Shown: one piece after another, positions 1 through 10,892 of the stretch
Layout of the letters: every line of letters begins with the position of its first letter
Position numbering within the stretch: the first letter of the stretch is position 1
DNA from: Methanocaldococcus sp. 16A
GTDB lineage: Archaea; AGJL01; Methanococci; Methanococcales; Methanocaldococcaceae
Reading direction: 5' to 3' (one strand)
Length of the DNA: 64,000 nucleotides
NCBI GenBank assembly: GCA_049860595.1
Contig: CP187551.1
Made by a program: the position numbers and the translations under genes
The notes under the pieces: generated by a model
What the model saw: only the letters and a program-made list of their open reading frames with translations
What the model was told of the DNA's origin: nothing
Databases searched by the model: none

Positions 1-1064
1 AGTTTCCAATAATATTAGATAGTGAAGGAAACGTCCTATCCATGCCTCCAATAATTAATGGAGAATTAACTAGAGTTACAACAACAACGAGAAATTTGTT
101 GATTGATGTTACTGGAACTGATAAGTATGCCGTTGAGAAGACATTAAATATTATTGTTACAGCATTGGCAGAGAGAAAATACGCTAAGATACATGCTGTT
201 GAAGTAATTAAAAATAATGAAAAAACTGTATATCCAGATTTAAAAGAAGATGTTTTAGAAACAACTCCAGATTATATAAACAAAGTTTTAGGAACTAATT
301 TAACTCCTGGAGCTATAATAAATTACTTAAGAAGATGTAGATTAGAAGCTCAATTTGTAGATAACAAAATAAAGGTTTTCATTCCAGCTTATAGAGTAGA
401 TGTATTTGGAGAGATTGATATTGCTGAAGAAGTAGCTATTGCTTACGGTTATAATAAATTCTCTGGAGAGTATCCAATTATAGGAACTATTGGTGAGCTT
501 GATAAATTAGAAAAGAAGTGTGATTTTATAAGAGAAATTATGGTTGGATTTGGGTTTTATGAGGTTATAAACTTAATGCTATCAAATGATGATGTTTTAT
601 TTAAAAAGATGAGGATTGAAGACAACAACTATATAGAAGTTTTAAAGCCAGCATCAATTGAACACAGAATAGTTAGAAAAAGCATTCTACCATTATTAAT
701 GGAAACTTTGAGGATAAATAAGCATAAAGAATTACCTCATAAAATATTTGAGATTGGAGATTGTGTAGTTATTGATGAAAATGCTGAAACAAAATCAAGA
801 GTTGTTAAAAAAATAGCTGGGGTTATTGTAGATAATGAAACAAACTTTAATGAGATAAAGAGCTATGTTGAAGGATTGCTGAGAGAACTAAAAATTGAGT
901 ATGAGCTTGATAATTTTGAACATCCTTCATTTATTAAAGGTAGATGCGCAAAAATTTTAAAAGATGGAAAAATTATTGGCTACTTTGGAGAAATTCATCC
1001 AGAAGTTATTACAAACTTTGAATTAGAGTTTCCAGTTGTAGGATTTGAGTTAGAAATTGAATAG
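1..1064 (+). CDS. pheT: Phenylalanine--tRNA ligase beta subunit (5' end outside window)
   Basis: B5 motif [21 protein letters not shown] and C-terminal [10 protein letters not shown]. The stop TAG is supplied by the adjacent repeat. Confidence 0.95.
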   Translation, partial: FPIILDSEGNVLSMPPIINGELTRVTTTTRNLLIDVTGTDKYAVEKTLNIIVTALAERKYAKIHAVEVIKNNEKTVYPDLKEDVLETTPDYINKVLGTNLTPGAIINYLRRCRLEAQFVDNKIKVFIPAYRVDVFGEIDIAEEVAIAYGYNKFSGEYPIIGTIGELDKLEKKCDFIREIMVGFGFYEVINLMLSNDDVLFKKMRIEDNNYIEVLKPASIEHRIVRKSILPLLMETLRINKHKELPHKIFEIGDCVVIDENAETKSRVVKKIAGVIVDNETNFNEIKSYVEGLLRELKIEYELDNFEHPSFIKGRCAKILKDGKIIGYFGEIHPEVITNFELEFPVVGFELEIE

Positions 1065-1153
1065 GACTTTCGCAGTTTATAAATTAAGTAATGAAAAAAT
1101 TATTCCCTTGGCATCGAAAATTTCTTTCAATATTTATTCCTGCGAAAGTCCTA
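1062..1153. repeat. MJRE-type palindromic MITE-like element
   Basis: Terminal inverted repeats TAGGACTTTCGCAG / CTGCGAAAGTCCTA, flanked by direct repeat TTGAA (1057-1061, 1154-1158). Confidence 0.9.
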
Positions 1154-1209
1154 TTGAATAATTCTAATGTCTTGTATAGATATTTATAAAAAATTTTTTA
1201 AGTGAAAAT

Positions 1210-1764
1210 ATGCTTAAAAAACTCTTATATAAAATTGAAAAATTAAGGAACAATGAATTAGAAGGATTTGAAATTTTAAAAGAGCATATACAAAGCTTAG
1301 ATGAGTTTCAATATCGACAGATAGTTGAGAGATTAAAGCTTCAAATTGAGATTGTTGAAAAATATAACCCAAAGGTTAGGCCTGCAATAGACCCAGTAGT
1401 TTCTACAGAACTTGGAATTTATAGAAGATTGGATGATTTTGAGATAGGAAAACTTTTAGATTACCCAGAATGTTGTATAAAATCTTTTGTTGAAGATTTT
1501 AGAATATCAATAGATAGAGAACATTTAAAAGAAGTTGAAGAAATGAAAGATGAGTTAAAAAATAAAGGAATTTATGCTATTGTCTTACCTTCTGGTTTTA
1601 TTCCTTGCAGTTTGAAATGTAAAGAGGCAATAAAAAGAGGATATATTGGATATTTAAATAAAGAAGAGTTTGATAAAATATTGAAGCTTGAGAAAGAGCT
1701 TAAAGAAAAAATTAAGCATTGGCACTTTGGATATGACGAATACTATGAAAAAATAATTTTATAA
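1210..1764 (+). CDS. DUF483 family protein (MJ1106-like)
   Basis: GKLLDYPECCIKSF and PSGFIPCSLKC motifs. Confidence 0.75.
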   Translation: MLKKLLYKIEKLRNNELEGFEILKEHIQSLDEFQYRQIVERLKLQIEIVEKYNPKVRPAIDPVVSTELGIYRRLDDFEIGKLLDYPECCIKSFVEDFRISIDREHLKEVEEMKDELKNKGIYAIVLPSGFIPCSLKCKEAIKRGYIGYLNKEEFDKILKLEKELKEKIKHWHFGYDEYYEKIIL

Positions 1765-1781
1765 TTTTTTTGGTGTTAGTT

Positions 1782-2438
1782 ATGTACATCATAATAGCTG
1801 GGATTGGTAGAGTAGGTTATACTTTGGCTAAATCTCTATCTGATAAAGGATATGATGTAGTTTTAATTGATATAGATAAAGAAGTCTGTAAAAAAGCTTC
1901 TACAGAGATTGATGCTTTAGTGATAAATGGTGATTGCACAAAAACAAAAACTTTGGAAGAGGCAGGAATAGAAGATGCAGATATGTATATAGCGGTTACT
2001 GGAAAGGAAGAAGTTAATTTAATGAGTTCATTATTGGCAAAGAGTTATGGAGTTGATAAAACTATTGCAAGAATTTCTGAAATAGAGTATAAAGATGTTT
2101 TTGAAAGGTTGGGTGTTGATGTAGTTATTTCTCCAGAGCTAATAGCTGCTAACTATATTGAAAAATTAATAGAGAGACCTGGAATCTTAGATTTAACTAT
2201 TGTTGGTAGGGGAGAGGCTGAGATTTTAGAGTTTATAATCCCAGAAAAATCTAAGGTAGTCAATAAAAAGATAAAAGACCTTGGAAGGCCGAGAGATTAT
2301 TTAATAATTGCCGTTTATGATGGGGATGAGATAAAAATCCCAAGTGGAGATACTGAATTAAAAGCAGGAGATAGAGTTTTAGTTTTAGTTAAAAAAGATG
2401 CTGCTGATACCATAAGAAAGATGTTTTTAGAAGAATAA
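1782..2438 (+). CDS. trkA: Trk potassium uptake NAD-binding subunit
   Basis: IIIAGIGRVG Rossmann (RCK_N) motif plus RCK_C domain. ATG follows a GGTG RBS. Confidence 0.92.
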   Translation: MYIIIAGIGRVGYTLAKSLSDKGYDVVLIDIDKEVCKKASTEIDALVINGDCTKTKTLEEAGIEDADMYIAVTGKEEVNLMSSLLAKSYGVDKTIARISEIEYKDVFERLGVDVVISPELIAANYIEKLIERPGILDLTIVGRGEAEILEFIIPEKSKVVNKKIKDLGRPRDYLIIAVYDGDEIKIPSGDTELKAGDRVLVLVKKDAADTIRKMFLEE

Positions 2439-2452
2439 GGTTAGAAGAATAA

Positions 2453-3355
<903 letters not shown>

Positions 3356-3381
3356 TAGGATTTTCTAATTAATGCATTATT

Positions 3382-3852
3382 TCATTTCCCTTTATAAATT
3401 CCCTCATAAACTCCTCTAACATCTTTACACTTAACAAAAACAATTTGTGCAATTCTTGCGTATCTATAGATAGTTATTGGATTAAAAACCTGCAGTAAAT
3501 ATTCTGGCCTCCCTTCATATCCAGGGTCGTGAACTGCAGAGTATAAAGTTGCTCCCATTCTCAATAAAGAGCTTCTTGGAAATACAAAAGCCGCCATATT
3601 ATTAGGAATTTTTATATATTCTGCTACTTTTACAATGTAAATTCCCTTATCTAATCTTATAAATTCATCTTTTTCAGAGTTAAATATCTCAATGTAATTT
3701 GGTAACTTTCTTTTTTCGTTTGAAAAATCGATAACTCCCTCTCCTTCTATTTTAAATATTTTCCAAACTCTTAAATCAATTCCACACTGTTGAATTTGCT
3801 CATCTTTCAAATTATCAAAAAAATTTTTTGAGGTATTAGGACCAATAATCAT
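3382..3852 (-). CDS. dut: dUTPase (dCTP deaminase family)
   Basis: GIDLR, PRSSLLRMG, DPGYEG and ARIAQIVF motifs. Confidence 0.85.
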   Translation of the reverse strand: MIIGPNTSKNFFDNLKDEQIQQCGIDLRVWKIFKIEGEGVIDFSNEKRKLPNYIEIFNSEKDEFIRLDKGIYIVKVAEYIKIPNNMAAFVFPRSSLLRMGATLYSAVHDPGYEGRPEYLLQVFNPITIYRYARIAQIVFVKCKDVRGVYEGIYKGK

Positions 3853-3873
3853 TAATTCCACCAATTTAATTTT

Positions 3874-5106
3874 TTAATTTTCTTTTAATTTTTTAAAAAT
3901 TAACTCATCCTTTTTATATACAAAAGTATTGCTCTCAATGTCTCTATCTATTAAGCAGCTTGCTCCTATCCAGCAATTGCTACCAACCTTAACTCCCGGC
4001 ATAAAAGAGACTTGAATGCCAGTTTTAACATTATCTCCCATTATTACTCCCAATTTTCTTACACTTTCAACTCTTTTACCTTTTATATTAACTTTAACAG
4101 GTTTGTCATCAAATCTTAAGTTGGCAGTTATTGTATTGCATCCAAAGTTGCAATTTTCCCCTATAATACTATCTCCAACATAAGAGAGATGAGGAATTTT
4201 TGTATTTTTCATTATTATGCTTGCCTTAACTTCAGATGAGTTTCCAACAAAAGTATTTTCCATTAAAACTGTGTATGGCCTTATATATGCTAACGGCCCC
4301 ACAACTGCCCCTTTTTTAATAATTGCAGGCCCTTCAATAACTGAATTTGCTTTAATAACTGCTCCTTCTTCAATTATTACCTTTCCTTTAATAACTACAT
4401 TTTCTTCAATTTTTCCTTTAATATTTGTATTTATTTTATTTAGAAGATGTTTATTTGCTTCTAAAACATTCCATGGCCTTCCAACATCGTTCCAATATCC
4501 ATTTAACTTAATACCTTTAACCTTTTCTTCTTTAATAAGCTGTTTTATTGCATCTGTAATTTCTCTCTCCCCTCTTTCAGAGATTTTTGTTTTTTCAATT
4601 AAATCAAAAATCTTTCTATCAAATTTATATATTCCAGCATTTATTAAATTTGATTTTGGATTTTTTGGTTTTTCTTGTAGTTCTATAATGTTATTTTCAT
4701 CATCTAAAACCACTACACCAAAATTTTCAGGATTTTTTGTTTCTTTAACAGCAATGGCATATTTATATTTTAAAAATCTCCTTAAATCATCTTCAAAGAT
4801 AATATCTCCATTTATAACTAAAAATTCGTTATCTACATAATCCTTAGCAGTTAAAACTGCCTGTCCAGTTCCGTCTATTTTCCCCTGCTCTAAAAATTTG
4901 ATTTTTGGATAATCTTTGAAGTAATCAATAATTTTTTCTTTTTTGTACTTAACAATTAGGTAAATATTATCTACTAAATCTTCAACTTTCTCAATAATAT
5001 GTTGCAAAATTGGCTTTCCAGCTATGGGAATCATTGGTTTTGGCCTATTTTCAGTTAATGGTCTCAATCTTTCCCCTTTCCCCGCACATAATATTATAGC
5101 ATCCAT
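3874..5106 (-). CDS. glmU: Bifunctional sugar-1-phosphate nucleotidylyltransferase/acetyltransferase
   Basis: LCAGKGERLRPLT nucleotidyltransferase motif plus C-terminal hexapeptide repeats. Confidence 0.93.
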   Translation of the reverse strand: MDAIILCAGKGERLRPLTENRPKPMIPIAGKPILQHIIEKVEDLVDNIYLIVKYKKEKIIDYFKDYPKIKFLEQGKIDGTGQAVLTAKDYVDNEFLVINGDIIFEDDLRRFLKYKYAIAVKETKNPENFGVVVLDDENNIIELQEKPKNPKSNLINAGIYKFDRKIFDLIEKTKISERGEREITDAIKQLIKEEKVKGIKLNGYWNDVGRPWNVLEANKHLLNKINTNIKGKIEENVVIKGKVIIEEGAVIKANSVIEGPAIIKKGAVVGPLAYIRPYTVLMENTFVGNSSEVKASIIMKNTKIPHLSYVGDSIIGENCNFGCNTITANLRFDDKPVKVNIKGKRVESVRKLGVIMGDNVKTGIQVSFMPGVKVGSNCWIGASCLIDRDIESNTFVYKKDELIFKKLKEN

Positions 5107-5122
5107 TTATATCACCAAAATT

Positions 5123-6469
5123 TTATGAAGAAGCTATACCATCTTTAACTAACTTTAATCCTTTTTCCAACAATTCTTTAGCTAAATTTCTATCTTTAGC
5201 TTCAACTCTAATCCTTATGTATGGTTCAGTTCCTGAAGGTCTTATTAAGATCCATCCATTTTCTAAGTTAAATCTTGCCCCATCAACTGTGTCAGGAATT
5301 GTTTTAAATAAACTTTCCCCATTTTCAATAATATAATTCATTACTTTTTCTTTTTTGCTATCTTCACAAGGAATCTTCTCCCTCAAATTTATATAAGATG
5401 GAATTTCGTCTAATATCTCATATAATTTCTTATTGTAAAATTCTAACATCTCTAAAACTCTCAATCCACTTAGAATACCATCTGGTGTTAAATGTATATC
5501 TGCATGAATCCAAGTACCAGATGGCTCTCCACCAAAAACAGCAGAGTTTTTAATCATTTCTTCAGCAACAGCCACATCTCCAACTTTTGTTCTTATTATT
5601 TCAACATCTAAATCTTTTAAATATTCATCAATAATCATTGAAGCATCAACTGTTGTAACAATCTTTTTGTTGTTAGTTTTTTCAACCATATATCTTGAGA
5701 AAGCTGCTAACAACTTATCAAAATCAGCCAATCTTCCTTTTTCGTCTATTGCTACCATCCTATCTGCATCTCCATCATGAGCTATGCCAATATAATTCAT
5801 CTCATTTGAATTTAGGCCTTTAACCATATCCATTGTCTTTCTTAGGTTTTTTTCATCTGGTTCTGGCAATCTACCAATAAATCTTCCATCCATGTGGCTA
5901 TTAACTGATATAACATGACAGCCAATATCTGTAAATAAGTATGGAGAGACTAAACAGGCAGAGGCGTTTGCACAATCAACAACAACATTAAATTTCTCAT
6001 GTACTTCAACATTTTTAAGAATATGTTCCATATAGTTTCTTATTGCTCTGCAATCTTCCCAAATATCCCCCACTTTATCCCATCCTACTTCAACAAAATC
6101 TTCTTTGAATATAATTTCCTCTATTTCATCTTCTTCTTTTTTATTAAAAGCTAAACCATTTTTATTGAAGAGCTTTATTCCATTATACTCTGGAGGATTG
6201 TGAGAGGCAGTAATCATAACTCCAACATCATAATTTCTTGCATTAAAACCTAAAACAGGTGTAGGAACAATATCTATAGTTGTAACCTCCCCCCCTCCAT
6301 TTAAAATTCCTGCAATTAATGCTGTTTCAATTAACTTTCCAGTAGTTCTTGTATCTCTTCCAACTACAACATTTTTATACTTTTTAGCTATAGCTAATCC
6401 TACTTTATAGGCAATTTTTGGTGATAAGTTTTTCATTCTTATTCCAGAAGTTCCAAATAATTTTCCCAT
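5123..6469 (-). CDS. glmM: Phosphoglucosamine mutase
   Basis: FGTSGIR, TASHNP, DGDADR and RPSGTEP motifs. Adjacent to glmU. Confidence 0.92.
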   Translation of the reverse strand: MGKLFGTSGIRMKNLSPKIAYKVGLAIAKKYKNVVVGRDTRTTGKLIETALIAGILNGGGEVTTIDIVPTPVLGFNARNYDVGVMITASHNPPEYNGIKLFNKNGLAFNKKEEDEIEEIIFKEDFVEVGWDKVGDIWEDCRAIRNYMEHILKNVEVHEKFNVVVDCANASACLVSPYLFTDIGCHVISVNSHMDGRFIGRLPEPDEKNLRKTMDMVKGLNSNEMNYIGIAHDGDADRMVAIDEKGRLADFDKLLAAFSRYMVEKTNNKKIVTTVDASMIIDEYLKDLDVEIIRTKVGDVAVAEEMIKNSAVFGGEPSGTWIHADIHLTPDGILSGLRVLEMLEFYNKKLYEILDEIPSYINLREKIPCEDSKKEKVMNYIIENGESLFKTIPDTVDGARFNLENGWILIRPSGTEPYIRIRVEAKDRNLAKELLEKGLKLVKDGIASS

Positions 6470-6539
6470 AATATCACCATAAAAAATACTAAATCTTAAA
6501 ATCTTAAAACATAAAAGTTTTTATATAAATTTTTGATAA

Positions 6540-6734
6540 TAGGACTTTCACAAGAGTAAATATTATAGGACTTTCGCAGTTTATATATTAATCTATAATA
6601 AAAATATAATGTCTATGGCATCAAATCTACCTTATTAATATTTATTCAACGAGAATCCTATATTATTGTTATAAATATTAATCCTAAATGGTATCTAAGT
6701 TCCAAATGTAAAGGTATAAAACTGTGAAGTCCTA
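6540..6734. repeat. Two nested MJRE-type elements (inner copy 6566-6660)
   Basis: Outer ends TAGGACTTTCACAAG / CTGTGAAGTCCTA. Inner copy TAGGACTTTCGCAG...ATCCTA is flanked by direct repeat TATTA. Confidence 0.8.
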
Positions 6735-6779
6735 TTAATTCTCAATTAAAATTAATATCAATATCATAGGTGTAACGTT

Positions 6780-7487
6780 ATGATACTATTGGTAAGTCCT
6801 ATAGATGTTGAAGAAGCAAAAGAGGCTATAGCTGGAGGAGCAGATATCATAGATGTAAAGAATCCAAAAGAGGGTTCTTTAGGAGCTAACTTTCCATGGA
6901 TGATTAAGGCTATTAGAGAGATAACACCAAAAGATTTGTTGGTTAGTGCTACAGTTGGAGATGTCCCTTATAAGCCAGGGACAATTTCTTTAGCTGCAGT
7001 TGGAGCGGCTATAAGTGGAGCTGATTATATAAAAGTTGGATTGTATGGAGTTAAAAGTTATTATCAGGCAGTTGAGTTAATGAAAAATGTTGTTAAAGCT
7101 GTTAAGGATATTGACGAGGATAAAATAGTTGTTGCTGCAGGATATGCTGATGCTTATAGAGTAGGAGCTGTTGAACCTCTTATTATTCCAAAGATCGCAA
7201 GAGATGCTGGATGCGATGTTGCTATGCTTGACACAGCAATAAAAGATGGAAAAACATTGTTTGATTTCCAAAGTAAAGAAATTTTAGCAGAATTTGTTGA
7301 AGAAACTCATGATTATGGATTAAAGTGTGCTTTAGCAGGTTCAATAAAAAAAGAACACATACCAATTTTAAAAGAGATAGGAACTGATATAGTAGGTGTT
7401 AGAGGAGCGGCTTGTAAAGGAGGAGACAGAAATAATGGTAGAATAGACAGAGAGTTAGTTAGAGAATTGAAAGAACTTTGTAAATAA
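6780..7487 (+). CDS. mfnB: (5-formylfuran-3-yl)methyl phosphate synthase (methanofuran biosynthesis)
   Basis: [24 protein letters not shown] and VGVRGAAC motifs. Confidence 0.93.
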   Translation: MILLVSPIDVEEAKEAIAGGADIIDVKNPKEGSLGANFPWMIKAIREITPKDLLVSATVGDVPYKPGTISLAAVGAAISGADYIKVGLYGVKSYYQAVELMKNVVKAVKDIDEDKIVVAAGYADAYRVGAVEPLIIPKIARDAGCDVAMLDTAIKDGKTLFDFQSKEILAEFVEETHDYGLKCALAGSIKKEHIPILKEIGTDIVGVRGAACKGGDRNNGRIDRELVRELKELCK

Positions 7488-7528
7488 ATATTATAATAAT
7501 TTTTTAATTTTATTTTATTTATTTTCTT

Positions 7529-7600
7529 GCCCCGGTGGGGTAGCGGATATCCTTTGACACTGCGGATGTCAAGACCCGGGTTCGAATCCCGGCCGGGGCG
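7529..7600 (+). tRNA. tRNA-Arg(GCG), CCA not encoded
   Basis: Acceptor GCCCCGG/CCGGGGC, anticodon arm TGACA-CTGCGGA-TGTCA, T arm CCGGG-TTCGAAT-CCCGG. Confidence 0.93.
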
Positions 7601-7611
7601 TATTTTTTATT

Positions 7612-7861
7612 CCATAAGGGGAAACCCCCTATTGGTATACACCGCATAGAGGGTAGCCCTCTATTGCTATACTCCCTAACACCTCTGCTAAAAGCAGAGG
7701 TGTAAATTTGGGTATTCCAAGGGAGTTAGCCTTATGGTTCGGGATACCCCACATCCATTAAGTTGCCCCTTTCAGGGGCAATTAATGTCCATTATTAAGA
7801 GGCATTGCTTCCTAAAGGAAGCAATGCATCCGTTTTGATGAAACTTTTTCTAAAAGTTTCA
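7612..7861. repeat. Cluster of about 7 consecutive short hairpins (REP/BIME-like)
   Basis: Examples: ACACCTCTGCT-AAA-AGCAGAGGTGT, TTGCCCCT-TTC-AGGGGCAA, GCATTGCTTCCT-AA-AGGAAGCAATGC, ATAGAGGG-TAG-CCCTCTAT. Confidence 0.8.
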
Positions 7862-7870
7862 GGTGAAAAG

Positions 7871-9178
7871 ATGTTTTTGGGCAATGATACAGTGGAGATA
7901 AAGGATGGAAGATTCTTTATAGATGGTTATGATGCTATAGAATTGGCTGAGAAGTTTGGGACTCCTTTATATGTAATGTCAGAGGAGCAAATAAAGATAA
8001 ACTATAACAAATACATTGAAGCTTTCAAAAGATGGGAAGAAGAGACAGGAAAGGAGTTTATTGTTGCCTATGCATATAAAGCAAATGCAAACTTGGCTAT
8101 TACAAGATTGTTAGCTAAGCTTGGTTGTGGGGCAGATGTTGTTAGTGGAGGAGAGCTATATATAGCAAAGTTGTCAAATGTACCTTCAGAGAAAATTGTT
8201 TTCAATGGAAACTGTAAAACAAAAGAAGAGATTATAATGGGAATTGAAGCAAATATAAGGGCTTTCAATGTTGATAGCATAAGTGAGTTAATTTTAATTA
8301 ATGAGACAGCAAAAGAGCTTGGAGAAGTGGCAAATGTAGCTTTCAGAATAAACCCGAACGTTAATCCAAAAACACATCCAAAGATTTCAACAGGTTTAAA
8401 GAAGAATAAGTTTGGTTTAGATGTTGAAAGTGGTTTGGCTTTGAAGGCAATAAAAATGGCTTTAGAGATGGAGAATGTAAATGTTGTTGGAGTTCATTGC
8501 CATATTGGTTCTCAATTAACAGATGTAAGTCCATTTGTTGAAGAAACTAGAAAAGTTATGGATTTTGTTGTTGAGTTGAAGAAAGAAGGTATTGAGATTG
8601 AGGATGTTAACTTAGGAGGAGGTTTAGGAATCCCTTATGAAAAAGATAAAGAAATCCCTACCCAAAAAGATTTGGCTGATGCAATAATAAACACAATGTT
8701 GGAATATAAAGATAAAGTAGAGATGCCAAACCTCATCTTAGAGCCTGGTAGAAGTTTGGTAGCTACTGCTGGTTATTTGTTGGGGAAGGTTCATCATGTA
8801 AAAGAAACACCAGTAACAAAATGGGTTATGATTGATGCAGGAATGAACGATATGATGAGACCTGCTATGTATGAGGCATATCATCACATAATAAACTGCA
8901 AAGTTAAGGATGAAAAAGAAAAGGTAAGTGTTGCTGGAGGGCTTTGTGAGAGTAGTGATGTCTTTGGTAGAGATAGAGAACTTGACAAAGTAGAGGTTGG
9001 AGATATATTGGCTATATTTGATGTTGGTGCATATGGAATAAGTATGGCTAACAACTATAACGCAAGAGGAAGACCAAGAATGGTTTTAACAAGTAAGAAG
9101 GGAGTGTTCTTAATTAGAGAAAAAGAGACATACGCTGATTTAATTGCTAAGGATATAATTCCTCCTCATTTGTTGTAA
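7871..9178 (+). CDS. lysA: Diaminopimelate decarboxylase
   Basis: YAYKAN PLP lysine, HCHIGSQ, NLGGG, EPGRSLV and CESSD motifs. ATG follows an AGGTGA RBS. Confidence 0.97.
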   Translation: MFLGNDTVEIKDGRFFIDGYDAIELAEKFGTPLYVMSEEQIKINYNKYIEAFKRWEEETGKEFIVAYAYKANANLAITRLLAKLGCGADVVSGGELYIAKLSNVPSEKIVFNGNCKTKEEIIMGIEANIRAFNVDSISELILINETAKELGEVANVAFRINPNVNPKTHPKISTGLKKNKFGLDVESGLALKAIKMALEMENVNVVGVHCHIGSQLTDVSPFVEETRKVMDFVVELKKEGIEIEDVNLGGGLGIPYEKDKEIPTQKDLADAIINTMLEYKDKVEMPNLILEPGRSLVATAGYLLGKVHHVKETPVTKWVMIDAGMNDMMRPAMYEAYHHIINCKVKDEKEKVSVAGGLCESSDVFGRDRELDKVEVGDILAIFDVGAYGISMANNYNARGRPRMVLTSKKGVFLIREKETYADLIAKDIIPPHLL

Positions 9179-9239
9179 ATAAATTCTTAATTTTATTTTT
9201 TATTTATTCTTTTATTTTTTAAATTAAATATTTGGAGGG

Positions 9240-10775
9240 GTGTTTATGGATTTAAAAAAGAAATTGTATCAAATTATTCTCATCGCAGTATTGCTAATTT
9301 TGATGTATGCAATTGCTCCAATACTTCATCCATTTGCTATGTTTTTCTACAAAAATCCAATTGTAATTGAGTTGGGTATTTTAACAGTAGCAATTATTGG
9401 ATTTTTATCTTATAAAAGAAGAATAGATGAGATTTTTCATAACATAGCAATAATCTTTTTAATATTTTTTGTTATACTCTCTCCTCTATTGTATGTTACT
9501 AATGCTTACTCTCTAACAACTCTACAAAAAGAAAATATTCCAAAAGAATTGAGAGATTTTGAGGAATTTGATTTCAGTAATGATGGATATCTAAGAATAT
9601 TGCCAAAAAAGGTTGCAGAGACATATATGATTTCTTCCTTAGAGTATCCAAGATATACAATTGGAAATGTCCATATAACAACATTCAAAAACTCTATGTT
9701 TTGGTTTGCATACTTAGAACCTGATGGATTATTTAACAAAATCATTCTAAAATCTAAAGGGATATTTTTAATTCCAGCAAATACAACTGAAAGAGTTGTT
9801 GTAAGAGAAGAGAAAACTATAGAATACACACCGGGTCAGTTAGTTACTGATAATTTATATTGGAAGCTGTATAGGTTTGATTACTTTGCTGACTATGGAA
9901 AACCAAGAGTTGTTATCAAAAATAATGAAATATATACAATAGTTCCACAAATAAAGTATAAATTCCATTTATTTTATACGACACCATATTGGAGTGGTAT
10001 TGTTGTTATAGATGAGAAAGGAAATATAAAATACTACTCAAAAGAAGAAGCGTTAAAGGAATTTGGCAACTGTGTTATATTCCCAGAGAGTTTGGCTAGA
10101 AGAATAGTTGAATCACAAAACTATTGGAAGGAATCAGCAATAGCAAACATCTTAAATCTATGGTTTAAGCATGAAAATGAAATAGAACTTGTAGATACAA
10201 ATGGAAATAGACAACCATATTTAATTATGGTTAATAAAAAACCATACTGGGTTTTTGCTGTTGAACCTTATGGAAGAGCCTATGGAATTTCGAAGATTTT
10301 TGTAATTGGCATGGATGGAGAAATTAGAGAGTATAAATTCAGCGAACCAAAGATAGGTCCTATAAAAGCCAGGGACTATGTGCAGAAAACACTTCCAACC
10401 TACGATTGGGATAAGTTTGAGATTGTTGAACCATTGCCAATATTTGTTAATAACAAGTTATATTGGAGATATATTATAATTCCAAAATCAGGGGGAGGAA
10501 TTTCTAAGATAGTTTTAGTTGATGTTGAGACGGGAGATGTGAAAATATATAACTCTGCTGAAGAATATGCTTTATTTATAAGAAGTGGGAAAACTAAAGA
10601 AACAAAAAAAGTAACTATTAAAGATATTATAAAATATGAAAAGGATGGAAATACACATTGGATAATTGTTTTAAGCAACAACTCTTATGTAGAGTTATCA
10701 GCCAAAAATATGAGTATTGAAGAAATCATCAAGATAAATAACTTAAAACTTGGAGATGTTTATAATTGGAATTAA
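9240..10775 (+). CDS. Uncharacterised membrane-anchored protein with internal repeats
   Basis: Three N-terminal hydrophobic helices, then a large soluble domain with four similar beta-rich modules. Confidence 0.7.
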   Translation: MFMDLKKKLYQIILIAVLLILMYAIAPILHPFAMFFYKNPIVIELGILTVAIIGFLSYKRRIDEIFHNIAIIFLIFFVILSPLLYVTNAYSLTTLQKENIPKELRDFEEFDFSNDGYLRILPKKVAETYMISSLEYPRYTIGNVHITTFKNSMFWFAYLEPDGLFNKIILKSKGIFLIPANTTERVVVREEKTIEYTPGQLVTDNLYWKLYRFDYFADYGKPRVVIKNNEIYTIVPQIKYKFHLFYTTPYWSGIVVIDEKGNIKYYSKEEALKEFGNCVIFPESLARRIVESQNYWKESAIANILNLWFKHENEIELVDTNGNRQPYLIMVNKKPYWVFAVEPYGRAYGISKIFVIGMDGEIREYKFSEPKIGPIKARDYVQKTLPTYDWDKFEIVEPLPIFVNNKLYWRYIIIPKSGGGISKIVLVDVETGDVKIYNSAEEYALFIRSGKTKETKKVTIKDIIKYEKDGNTHWIIVLSNNSYVELSAKNMSIEEIIKINNLKLGDVYNWN

Positions 10776-10777
10776 TA

Positions 10778-10868
10778 TAGGACTTTCGCGGGGATAAGTT
10801 TTTATAAAGTATTTTATGCCTTTGGTATCGTATTTTCCTTATTAATTATATAAACTGCGAAAGTCCTA
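10778..10868. repeat. MJRE-type element
   Basis: TAGGACTTTCGCGG...CTGCGAAAGTCCTA; flanks TAATA / TAAAA. Confidence 0.88.
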
Positions 10869-10892
10869 TAAAAATAAAATTTTGGTGAGAGA

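Noticed and set aside
6490-6510. AAATCTTAA tandem repeat
   Set aside because: A short AT-rich duplication expected by chance or slippage.
7529-7600. tRNA body resembles tRNA-His, suggesting an anticodon-shifted tRNA
   Set aside because: The D-loop has the Arg identity base A20, and euryarchaeal tRNA-Arg(GCG) commonly has this short D-arm body.
7805-7870. N-terminal extension of lysA in the ORF track
   Set aside because: It runs through hairpins; a good RBS (AGGTGA) precedes the ATG at 7871.
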